A DNA stretch of 63,771 nt, filler included, from Reclinomonas americana ATCC 50394 (taxonomy: Eukaryota), in assembly GCA_048213135.1 (NCBI GenBank). It is 15 parts of 15 records of this genome, joined end to end, with 100 filler letters (N's around TTAATTAATTAA, not from the genome) between each part and the next. Parts side by side here need not be neighbours in the genome. Positions count along the whole stretch, not along the records: positions 28,889 to 37,185 come from AFZH01020593.1; positions 37,286 to 48,539 come from AFZH01020594.1; 13 more parts are not named here. One strand, 5' to 3'. The position numbers were made by a program, and so were the translations under genes. Under the pieces are notes generated by a model, which was not told the DNA's origin, did not search any database, and worked only from the letters and a program-made list of their open reading frames with translations. Positions 34,701 to 47,000 of the stretch are shown here, piece after piece (position 1 is the stretch's first letter; each line of letters begins with the position of its first letter).

Positions 34701-37131
34701 GCATGTCGGACACCACTGATCCACTAGTGAATCACTTGCGCTCAAGGATCGACACACACAAATACACACCAGCGTATCGACCAGCCTCCATCTCAATGAC
34801 CTTCAGCAGCGCCTTGCCGGTCTCCCAGAACTGCGACGCCAACTCATCAATCACATGCGAGTAGGCCTGCACAAAGACGTCGTCCTTGGTGGCCGACGAC
34901 ATGGCGTCGTAGATGGCCTCGCAAGTGGTGGCCAGCTCGTGCGCTTGATCTGTGGTGATGCGACAAAGTAGTAAGATACTGCAGGGTACGGCGATAAGAC
35001 GGAGAGGGCACACATCGCACCGTCACCCAGCGGACCACGCAGGGAAAATCCACCCACGCGATGCGACAACGAGACGAGGTAGGCGAGTCGTTCCAACACA
35101 GGCTCCGTTCCTGCACCGCACATCCCATGAGTTTAATTTCTACACCGAGGGGAATCACCGCCGTCACCACGCAAATAACCATCGGCCAGTCGAACAAGAC
35201 ACGGATTCTCCAGCACCGCAAACAGCTCCTCCTGACGACTCGCATTTGCCGCCACCAACAGCGCCACATGCACATCCAGCGGAAGCGATGAATACGCAGC
35301 GCGTGCAGCAGCCTCCGCCTCTGTGCGAAATCGAAGCTCGTGAGTGAGTGACGGCACGACAAAAATGAGAAGCCGCGTGCGAGTTTACCTTCCGACGGTG
35401 GAGCGGCACGAGCCTTTTTCAGTCCTTCCACACTCTCGTTAAACTGCGAGATCGGCAACAGGTATGGGACACACGAAAATGTACGTGGACAAGCGTGTGA
35501 AGACAGACCACTGCGGCAATCGCTTGCACAGCATTCGTCAACCGCTCACGCACGGTCGGCGGATGCTCCGTCTCGAGCTGACGCGGCACAACACAAAACG
35601 ACTCCAATCCCTGCAGCAGCGCAAGACAGGCCGAGCCAAGTGAGCATGTGCTGTCCACGATTGTGGCCTTCAGATCGTTGGCCAGCGTCTGCGGATTCTT
35701 GACGGGTTCCGAGGGCGCCCAGAATGCTAATCGCAAGCGGTACTGGCGCAGCAGCGAACGCTGATTGTTGAATGTCTGCAACACGTCGGCTGTCGGCGGC
35801 ACCTCGTCGGCCTGCTCCAGCGACAGCACCATCTGCAGCTGCGCGAGTGCTCGATCGATGCATTTCTGGGAGACGCGCGAGATTTGTTGAGGGGGAGGAA
35901 GGGCGCGCGCGCGCGCAGCACACACGAGCATACGAACCAGTGCCTCACTGTGCACATTCATCTTGGCGTAGCAGCGAGCCAGGGTCATGTACAACTCGTT
36001 GCGCCACGGCAGAAATCTGTCGGCCAACAACACCAGGTGCGCCTCACACGACGCAATGGCGTAGGCGAGAAACGGAACCGCCTGCTGCGCCAGATCGCAC
36101 TCCATGAGCACTCGCGACACATCGTACAGATACATGGCGCCGTTGGAGACGATAAAGTAGTGGTGCTCGTGACGAATGCGGTCCATGTCGACGCGAATGG
36201 CGGTGAGGTGCTCCACGGTGCGCTGGAGGCTCTGATCGGATCCCAACTGCTCGATGTTGTGCGCATATAAGTGATTGGTGGGGGAGGAGAATGAGAGTGT
36301 GGAAGAAGAGGAGACGAAACAGTGGGGTCCTTGTCGAGCAGCTGATACACGGCACAATAGTTCCATCCCATGCGCTGGCGCACACGCAGCGCCTGCGCTT
36401 CGTCGGCGCCCAGCACGCGCTCCAGCTCGGCTTCGTGATCGCCGCTGAACTTTTGCAGACGCTCAAAGCACACCACGTTGGCCAGTACGTGTTGCTGGTG
36501 GGTGTGAAGATGAGCGAAGATGAGGGAAGATGAGGGAGGGAGAGAGGGAGGGAGGGAGGGAGGGAGGGAGGGAGGGAGGGAGGGAGGGGGAGAGGGAGGG
36601 AGAGGTGCATCAAACACACTGAGTGTGGTGATCCAGGAAATCGATTCCTTGTGTGTGTGAGAGAGAGAGAGAGAGAACGGGAGAAGCTCTCCGACAAGCT
36701 GTGTCTGCAGAATCAGTAGACCTTTCTTAATACAGGAGAGACTGACAGGAAGAGGCAGGGCAGAGAGAACAGCGAGAGATGAAGACAGAGCGGATCAAGA
36801 ACTGCACGTCAATCAAGGACGACACACGAATGCTGCAAGTCATAACAGCTTTCTATCTCTCCTCAGGTTGTCTGCTTCGACGAGAAAGATCAACGTATTC
36901 TGCTCTCTTTCTCTCTTGGTCAGCTGCTTGATCCAACGAGGCATATCAGCGTATTCAACAGCTTCGTGTCCTCTTTCTCTCTCTGGTCTTCTGCTTGTCT
37001 CAACGAGGACGATGAGCTTGCTCTGCAGGCTTTACACACACTCTCTCTCTCCCTCCTCACGTCTCCTGCTCCAAGGCGAAAGATCAGCGTATTCTGCAGG
37101 TTTTGTCGTCTTTCTTCTTGCTTGTCACTGC

Positions 37132-37179
<48 letters not shown>

Positions 37180-37395
37180 TCTCTCNNNNNNNNNNNNNNN
37201 NNNNNNNNNNNNNNNNNNNNNNNNNNNNNTTAATTAATTAANNNNNNNNNNNNNNNNNNNNNNNNNNNNNNNNNNNNNNNNNNNNCTCCTCCTACCTCCT
37301 CCTCCGTCCGTCCGTACCGTAACGTAACGTAACGTACGTACGTACGTTACGTTACGTCGTCGTTCGTTCGTTCGTTCGTTCTTCTTCTTCGTCTC

Positions 37396-37448
<53 letters not shown>

Positions 37449-37900
37449 CCTCCCTCCCTCCCTCCCTCCCTCCCTCCCTCCCTCCCTCCCTCCCTCTCTC
37501 TCTCTCTGCAAGACCAACTGATCTTGCATCTACCTTCCCCTCCACTCACCTTATGTCGCACCAACAACTCGCCCGTATCCACCACTCGTCGCACAAAGTT
37601 CGCCACCTCGCACGCATCCGCAAGCCCATCCACCAAGTCCTCCAGTTCTTGAACAAGTGACTGACTGCAAATCACATGAATGATAAGAGAGTGAGAGAGA
37701 GAGAAAGAGAGAAAAGTGCAGTGCTGACCGATCAACAGTCGCTCGTCTTCGTGAGGAGTCTGTGTGCGTGAGTGGAAGAGAGTGAGTGACTGAGAGAGTG
37801 ACTGTGAGCGGGAAACGCGCTGACCTTGATTTCTCAAACGAAATCGAGTCAGACATGCCACCACTCGCGACTGGAAGTTCTCCACGTACTCCTCCTCCAT
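23961..37900 (-). CDS. CFAP54: Cilia- and flagella-associated protein 54-like (central-pair C1d component); many introns, crosses two gaps
   Basis: N-terminal exons read RRVVDTGELLVRHK/QHVLANVVCFER and HYFIVSNGAMYLYDVSRVLM...AVPFLAYAIASCEAHLVLLADRFLPWRNELYMTLARCY. These match the CFAP54 N-terminal (DUF4486) pattern WxxxNGTxYxYxxCRxLM...LxWRxxLY. The protein is very long and helical with KKG-rich linkers. Internal exon boundaries are only partly resolved. Confidence 0.8.
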
Positions 37901-38087
37901 CGCACACACACGCTCGCACCCTTTCTCTCACTCTCGCTGAGTATGAGTGACTAAACGCACCGTGGCCAATGCTCGCGCGATTTCCCGCCATTAATGCGTT
38001 TCTTTCATTCTCACATCACACACACTCTGTCATTCATTCGCGCTCGCACATTGTTCTTCGCCCTTTGTGTGTGCGTGTGTGTGTCGC
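37901..38087. promoter_or_regulatory. Short head-to-head intergenic region (putative bidirectional promoter) between CFAP54 and LRR receptor 1
   Basis: 187 bp between the divergent ATGs. Contains a CCAAT (~37966) and an E2F-consensus TTTCCCGC (37981-37988); motif function is unproven. Confidence 0.45.
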
Positions 38088-41000
38088 ATGCGACCGCATC
38101 GGGCGTTGCTTGTGACGCTGGTGAGCGTGGCGCTCGCGTGCAGTGTGCTTTTCGATGGAGGGTGGTGGCTTGTGCAGCGCGTCTCGGCGCAGGACAGCAC
38201 CACGTTTCAGGGTGTGACCATGTACAGGTGTGTGTGTTCTGATTCTTTTCCTTGCCACGGATGATGATGATGACGAATGACGATGTGTCCGGTAACGCAG
38301 AGTGGAACCCGACTTGTGGAAGAACGGCAGCGTCAGTGAGGCCGGCTGGCAGTTCTGGTACTTTGATGTCACCGATACGTTTATCGATATCACGCTGACC
38401 ACCAGGTGAGTGTAATGAGTCTTTCCGCCTTCCCTCTCCCACTTGCACATCGGAAGGAAAACAAATGAGGCACGGTAGCCTACACAGTGGAAAGCAGAGT
38501 AACACGATATGCGGGGCGAGAAGATGAGGGAGAAGGCGGAGAAGCTCGCTTGTGGTTTCTCTGTTTTGTTGCCCACTCCCACACTTGCACATGGAGCACA
38601 TCGACCACAAGGAAGAGAAGAAGAAGCTCGGAACCCACCAGCATCCACTCCTCCTCTCTCGTTGCACTCTCTAGCAGCACAAGGAAAACAATAAATCCAA
38701 CAGAGTGGAACGCAGAGAATCACAAAGAGAAAAGGGAGAAAGAAGTATACTCTCTCTCTTGTTGCACGAAGCGCAAGGAAAGTAGAAGCTCAGAGCTCGC
38801 CGACTTCCACTTCTCTCTCTCCTTGCACTCTCTCGCACTTGCAACTGAGCACAAGGAAAATAAATGATAGCCTACAGTGTGCGGAGATAGAAGGAGAAAG
38901 AGAAGAAGAGGAAGCCGCTTACGGTGTCTCTCTTGCACGCTTTCGAACTTGTAACTCGGTTGCGCACGTCCACGGAGCTCAAGAAAAGAAGAAGCTCACA
39001 GCTCGCCAACTTACACTCCTCTCTTCTCCCTCTCTCGTGCACACTCTCCCTCTCTGTGATCCTTCCCTCCCTCCTCCTCCCTTTCGTTGATCTTCCCTTC
39101 TTCCTTTCCCAGGTGCAACGGCACCACCAACGCCGGCCTGTACGGCGACCCCGACATCTACATCATGGTCGACGCGTTCCCCGAGGTGGAGACCGTCGCG
39201 AATGTGATGCACCCGACGGCGTGCGTCAATCAGACCAAGTGTCGCTTCAAGTCACGCGCGTACGGCTGCGAGCAACTGATCGTGTTGAACGACGATCCGT
39301 ACCACGCCACCGGCCGTCACATTGTGGGCATGTATGGCCACACGGGCGCCAGTTTCGAGATCACGGTGGATTTGCGCGTCTCGGCTTTCATCTGCGTCGA
39401 CCCCAACAAGGGCATCCGTGACTACGATTGTTGTGTTGCTTCCTGGGGTTTTTCTTGGAGACGTCACGTGCATGCTATTGACGACGGCATGCAGGTAACT
39501 TGCTGCAGGACATGTACATCAACTGTCGCGGTGATCGATGGAAACGACACAATGGGTGGATGCAAGTTGGCAGGGTATGAGCACGAAGACTCTCTCTCGC
39601 TCTCTACTTCGAGGTCACTGAGAGAGCGTGCGCAGAAACCATGCCAGTGGGAGGGCGTCACGTGCAACAAGACTGGCTTTGTCACTCACTTGTTGCGTCA
39701 TGGCTAGTCCGTTTCCCTCACGTCACTTCACCTCACTCGTGCCTCCGACGACGCAGAGACCTGCCGGACAACAACATTGACTGCCGGTTACCCAACGCTC
39801 TGCGCGACATGAATGGCCTAATTCGACTGTTTCGTTCATCCCACCCACGCTTGACACACAGTACCTCACCGAGGCGTCATGTATCTCACGCAGCAACTTG
39901 CGCGACAACCTCTTTTACGGTGACGTGCCGTACCAATTATACGAGTTTTGCAACCACATGTTGCGTTCACTGACCTTCTCCTCCGCATCTCCCTCTCTCT
40001 ATTTGCTTCTCACTTTTCCAGCTCGCACAGTGACCTCTCCAACAACCTCCTGTCGGGCGAGTTGACGGCGGGAGTGAAACCAGCCGTGAATCTCACGCAT
40101 TTGTTGCGTGCGCTCACCTCACCAAACATCGCTCGCGGCTGCCACTCACACTCGATCACGAACGCAGAGCTCTGGGTGGCAACTCTTTCACCTCCTCCAT
40201 CAAGATGGTCGGCTCCACGCCTACGTCCTACATCAAGCCCATCTTCTTTCAGCAGATCGGAATACAACTGGAGTACCTGTGCGTCGGTGGCAGAGGTGAG
40301 CTCCAGTTTTCTCTCACAACTCACCGCGCGCACAACTGCAGAGACTTGGGTCGCAATCGACTGAGCGGACCTCTGCCACCAGCCTTGCAGAACATCACCA
40401 CACTGCAGTACTTGTTGCGTGCATCTCGCGCGTTGTCGCCCTCACCTAACATGACTCACTCGTTTGAGCGCAGAGATTTGAGTTGGAATCAGTTTGTCGA
40501 CACCGTGCCCGTGTGGTTGTACACCAAACTACCGGACCTCCTCGTGCTGTTGCGTGAAGGCGTGAGTGCTGCTGGTCTTGCACATGCATTCTTACTGGCG
40601 AGTGGCACAGAAAACTGCAACGCAATCGACTCACTGGCAAGATACCGGGCTTGCTGTTTCGCATCCCCCTGCTGACGCACATGTTGAGTGCATGTCTCTC
40701 CACTTGAGCAGTAGAGAGGGATCTCTGTATGTGCTGATCAATGTGTCCGCACAGAGACTTGTCGGAGAACAGTTTTTCCGGTCTCATCAACGACTACCCC
40801 GGATCGCAGACGATTGAGTATCTGTGCGCGTGTGAACCGCTGTCGCCCTTTCTCATCTCACCGCACTGCTACTCACCACACCACCTATCACAGAAAACTC
40901 GGCGGCAATCCGCTCATCACCGGCGACATTCCAGTGCAGATCTACAACTCGCTGTCCCTCAAATTCGTGTTGCGTACATGCTTCGCTCAGTCCGCTTCCT

Positions 41001-44000
41001 CCATCTTCACTTCTTCATTCAATGTGTGGTCGGGTCATACGCCAGCAACGTGTCGCGTACTGGTCTTTCCAGTTACTTCAGTGTGCAATGGTCGCGATTG
41101 CAAAAGCTGGAGGTGTTGTCTCTCGAACAAATCAAGTTGATCGAAAGTCCGCTAGGTGGCACTCACCCGGCCACAACACTGCCGAGCGCCATTGGTCAAA
41201 TGGCCGCATTGCAGTATCTGTTGCGCAGCATGGGAGGTGGCGAGTCGTGCCGTTGCCCTCCCCTCTCACCACACTTTTTGTCACAGCAATGTCAGCAATA
41301 CCGGACTGACTGGTGTGCTGCCTTCGTCCATGAGCTCGTTGACAAAAATGCGGGCACTGTTGCGTCGTGCTGAATTCGTCATGGCACTCTTGTGGTAAAG
41401 GAGGGTACTCATTTTCGAGTGGTGGTGCCATGCAGTGACGTGTCCCTCAACTCCTTCACCGGCGGTTTGCCGGCCATGAGCACGTGGACACAACTGACGT
41501 ACTTGTTGCGCATGAACATGAACATGCTGTTACAGCAATGCACACATGCGCATGCACTCACTCTGTACATCTACAGAGATGCACGCTTCAATCAGCTCAC
41601 AGTGGCACCAGCGCCAGCATTTTGGGCGCTGCCGGCACTGATCTACGTGTTGCGTGCTGCCGAGGAGATTAGAACACCTCACTCGTCTCTCACAGCACTC
41701 TGCACGCAGTGACTTGGATGCCAACTTTATAAGTGGCACGCTGCCATCTACTCTTGGGCGAATCGAGTACATGTTGCGTGCCGCCACTGCAGCAGCCAGT
41801 TTCCTCTCTGTCTCCCATCTCATATTGTTTTTTATTGTTGCAGATCATTGCGGTATAACAAGTTCACCGGCACCCTGCCCACAACATACAACATCAATTC
41901 CGTTCATATGTTGCGTTGTTGGCACCGCATTCCGACAGAGAGTGTTGTGTTGACGTTGAGGGTGTTCGCAGAAACTTCGAGCGCAATCTCTTCAGTGGAT
42001 CAATGCCCGCAGCCCTCGGGCAGCTCAGACTCCTTCGCTTCTTGTTTCGTTTCCTTGATGCGCGTGTGGAGGGTTGGGGAGAAGAGCCTAATTGTGTTGC
42101 ATCGCTTATCACCAGGAGTGTGGCCTACAATCGCCTCACTGGCGTCGTGCCCGACTTGAGCAATCTCAATGCGGCTATGTACATGTTGAGTTGGTGTCTC
42201 CTCTCCATCACTCGGTCGCCCTTTCCACCCTCACCCTTCTCTGTCGCAGCGACGTGTCGCACAACGACCTTGTCGGTGCAATCACATGGGAGCGCGACAA
42301 GACATTCCAGCATCCGAGCTTGCGCATTTTGTTGCGTCCTGCAGCACTCACTGTAGAGTGCCAATCATTCACTGATTTGCCTCACTTCTCGCGGTGGCAC
42401 AGCCGCGCCGTGGGCAACATGTTGACGAGTGCACTGCCGTCGTTTGCAACAAGTCCAGATCTGCGTGAACTGTTGCGTTTTGTGTGGTTGTCGCTCCATC
42501 GTTGTGACTTCTCACTCTCCTCTCTTCACACAGTGCCATCACTCGCAATCGGTTCACTGGAGGTTTCCCTGTCGAAGTGTTGTCGTTCAAAAGTGTTGCC
42601 AATCTGTTGCGTTGCACTCACACACGCACAAACTCGCGCATCATCAACTCACCACTGCCACTGAGCAGATATCTCGAGGCCAATGCACTGAGTGGCGGAC
42701 TGCCAACGTTTCCATTACGAACCGTTCTCAGCATCCAGTACCTGTGAGTGGACTGGCTTCTGTGGCGGCGCTTGACGCCATCGTGATACTAACATGTTGC
42801 GCCCACAGAGGACTGGGCAAGAACCGCTTCAGTGGATCCCTGCCAACCACCATTCGACGCCTGCTTGGACTGAAAACATTGTTGAGTGCTCCCACTCACT
42901 CATCCACTGTTCAAGACTCAACATTCAATGTGTCACTGATACACACTCGCAGAACACTGCACGAGAACCAGTTGTCGGGCACGATGCCATCGTTGTCAGC
43001 ACTCGATCAGCTGCAAACTCTGTGCGCAGTGCTCCAGCCTCCTCATTGACCCCACCCTGCCTCATCTGTTTTTCCAATGCAGACTCATTCACGACAATCA
43101 GTTCTCCGGTTCCATTACCTCTGCTGCGCTGCCGGTGTCATGCACTATGATGTTTCGTCGGTGACGAATCGAGCCCCCCTTTCTTGCACCGGACCAACTT
43201 TCTAGATTTGTATATGCACAGTGTGGCTTGCAGCAACTCTTTCTCCGGCAACTTTCCCAGTTTGGCCAATGTCCCGTTCATTCGTCACCTGTTGCGTGCG
43301 AGCAGAGAGAGTGAATGCGCTCACAACCGTCTCCTTACTCACTCCCCTCGACACAGCGATGTCAGCGACAACTCCTTCGCCGGCGACCTGCCGGACATGT
43401 CACCAGTCGGCAGCTCACTGCAGTTTTTCCTGTTGAAGAACAATAGAATCACCTCGTTTGTGCAGGCCGGACGTGCCGGCAGCTTGGTGGAACTGTTGCG
43501 TGCACTCACGCGCGAGAGTGATTGTCATTCTGCGACTAACACGTGAATGTGTGCACAGTGACATGCGCAACAATCCTGTGGCCTCCATCACGCAGCTCGA
43601 GTCGGCTGTGGGCCTCACTTACATGTTGCGCTTCTCTCTCCTCTCCCCATCCAACCACGCTGCCACTCACCCACGATACACAGCGATCTGGTCGGCCTGC
43701 GTGACACATCCTTTTCACCAGTGCTGTCGCAGTTCCGCAAGCTGGAGCACTTGTTGCGTGCTCTCGATGCGTGCTCAGTGTAGACGACGCACTTACTTAC
43801 AGTCTGTCCTCAGTGACATTGGAGGCACACGGTTGCGAGGTGCCATGTTTCCCATTGACGTGTCGTCGGGCCTCGAGTATCTCGACGTCAGCGGCCTCTC
43901 GCTCACTGGCAACTTCAAACCGTGGCAGAATCTCACGTCTTTGATCGAGCTGTTGCGTGATTCTCTGTCCCTCTGCTGTACATTGCTTGCAACTCACATG

Positions 44001-47000
44001 CTAGTGACCAGGCACATGCAAAGCTCGTCCATGGATGGTGCAATCAACCCAGCAGTAAAGATGTTTACTCGCCTGCGCTACTGGTGAGTACTGCTTTGCG
44101 AGCACACACGATGGTGTTCCTTGCCGACACACACACCACCTCTGCACACAGGAACCCGTCGTCGACGCAACTGAGCGGTTCATTTCCTTCGGAAATCAGT
44201 TCACTCCGGTCACTGCGTGTGCTGTTGCGTTGCGAGTCAGGAGCACAGCTCCGGTCTCTCGTAGTACTCATTGTTTGGAGACAATTCACCCCTGCAGACT
44301 GTTGAACAACATGCCAAAGATGAATACTGGACTGCCGGCAGCCTTTCAAAGCCTGACGAGCTTGGCGCACTTGTTTCGTTTTCGCAAGCATCTTCCCTTG
44401 TACCCTGGTACGCACTGACTTTCATACAGAGTAATGTCGAAGATCAGGGTCACTGGTGGCATCACCAACATTGTGTCTCCTTCGCTTGTGGAATTGTTGC
44501 GCCACTGTGATGTCGCTCGCCCTCATCCCTTCATTCATTCATACATATTCATGTTGCACCTGGCAGCTCTGCTCCTGGTCTCGGGTTCACGGGTCAACTG
44601 CCAGCCGTCGCCGCCCCCAAGATGCTGTATCTGTGCGTCAGCAAGCTTGGTGGGAGGATTGTTGTCGCCAGCCACTCACTCTTCTCTCATGCACACAGTG
44701 ATTTGCAAAACAACGCCTTGACAGGCGAGTTCCCGCAATACAGCAATCTGCGCGGAGCATTGTACATGTTGCGCCACGGATGGCCCTCTGTCTCTTGCTT
44801 CTTGTTGGACACTCACAAGTGCGAGCAGAAATGTGGCCGGCAACAAACTCGATTTGCTCTCCGGCTCGACCAAGAAAACCAAATCGGCGACTGCGCCGTC
44901 GGACGGCAGCATCCTCAGCGATCATGGTGGCGGTGAATCGGATCCGCGGTTCGAAGCGCGCTCAGCTTCGTTTGGAACAGCAGAGCGCGCCCGTGGTTTG
45001 CGACATGCGGTATCCAGTCGAGCCTTCAGCTCTGCTTTCGATCAAGTCGTCTATCTGTTGCGCACCGTTCACTATTCTCTCTCTCTCCAAACGAGGCCTC
45101 TCACGCTTCACACTCTGTAGCAACACCGCCCGCAATCCAATCGAAGGCGAGTTGCCAACCGACTTGGCAGTCCTGCGTCGCCTCCGTTGGTGGTGAGCAT
45201 GCACGTGAATATTGCACTGCCACCGTATCGTCATTGAGCCACTGATATTGTGTCGCTCCAATCAGGGACTGTCGCAATAACTCGATGCGTGGCAGTGTTC
45301 CGAAGTCCATCGGTTCCATTGTTCCGCTGTGGTACCTGTGCGTTACCGTCTGTTGTTGTCGCGTTCTTGTCGGGCAACTCACCGCATCGGAGGCAGTGAT
45401 CTCTCCGACAATGATTTCACCGGTCTCATTCCGAACGAGATTGGCCAACTGAAGCAGCTGACGTATCTGTTGCGTGCTGCTGCTGTGCCACAGCCGACAT
45501 GTTGCATTTGACTCACGCATGGTGGGTGGTGTGCCAGAAATCTGTCACGCAATCGTTTCGAGGACGACGTGCCTGCGTTCTTCGCCGATGTCAGCTACAC
45601 AGTCGATGTGACTGGCAACGACTTTGACTGCCCCGTGAACTCTTACAATTCAACCAATCCGACCATTTCCTGCAGTTGCGTGCCGTTGTAGAGTGGAGAG
45701 ACTCAGTAGATGCATCACACGAAAGCGATGCACTTGCAGGCTGCCCTGCCGGATACATCATTGTCAAGTACACATCGCCGTGTCTCGGCTGTCCCAAGGG
45801 CACTGTTGCCGAAAGTCTCACCGCCACCACATGCACCAAGTGCCCCAAGGGCTACTACCAACCCAACACACTGTCGACGTTGCGTCAATGTGTTGCTCTC
45901 TGCTTGCTTGCAATAATCGCTCACTTGTACCCGTTTAGGAAATGCCGCAAGTGCCCGCCCGGTCACTACCAGGACGAGATTGGCATGCCGAGCTGCAAGC
46001 TGTGCCCGCCTGGCTACAACATGAGCACCCCAGCGGCGCCCATCTGCCTGGCATGCGCTGCTGGCCTGTACGCACAGTACTTTGGCACGGTCAACTGCGA
46101 TCCGTGCCCGCCCGGATTCCGATCCAATGTTTCGTGTCACGAGTGTGCGCGTTTCTCCGCGCTTGTTCCCCCCTCAAGAGAAGTGAGAGATGCAGGGCAC
46201 GGCCAAGTTCTGCAATGAGTGTCCGCGTGATTCATACTCGGAGATATATGGCGCCCGTGTGTGCACCAGCTGTCCGCAGAATACTGGATCGGAACAGGCC
46301 GCCGGTATCTCTCGCTCGTTGTGCCAGTGCAATTTTGGTGAGACGCTTGATGATCGCCATCGTTCCCTGCAGTATTCTCATAGCTTGCGTGTATCCTATC
46401 TGCAGGCTACATGGGTCCCGCCGGCGGTCCCTGCGAGCGCTGGTGGATTGTGGCACTCGTGTACATTATCGTTTTGTTGCTTTTTGTTTATCTGCTGGCC
46501 CACCTGATCTCGGCTGGATTCGCGGCACGGGCGCGGCTGTATGTGAAAAAGGTCTGCACTGCAGTCGATCATGTGATTGCTGCTTTTGTTTCACTCACCA
46601 CCCAACACACGCACGCACATGCAGGACGAGCTGGATTATGTGCACAGTTGAGTAGTTCTTTTTACACACAAAGAGAGAGAGAGAGAGAGAGCCACGTGAA
46701 TCTCACTCGATCGACATGCACAGCTTCCCTGGGAACAGCGGTGCCACCAGGACAGCGCTCGGCTCGCTCACACGTGTCGGCCAGATCCGCAGACAAGCGC
46801 AGTGAGCTCACCTTCGAGGAGGAAGTGGCGTTTGATGACGTGCCTGAGGCACCGGCCCTGCGCGACGTCGACGCCAGTGTGCAGCTTCGTCTGACTGGTG
46901 ACGAGGATCAGTATCAAGTACGCGAGCTGCTGCTGAATGCACGACTGCAGGCACAGATCGGTGAGTGCATGTCTGTGGCACACTGCTGCAAACGCGCACT

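Noticed and set aside
37315..37380. Perfect 36-bp palindrome ACGTAACGTAACGTACGTACGTACGTTACGTTACGT (37322-37357)
   Set aside because: It sits between a microsatellite and a contig end. Similar TACG-cycling sequence occurs at other contig ends (~23290, ~23430), consistent with pyrosequencing flow-order noise.
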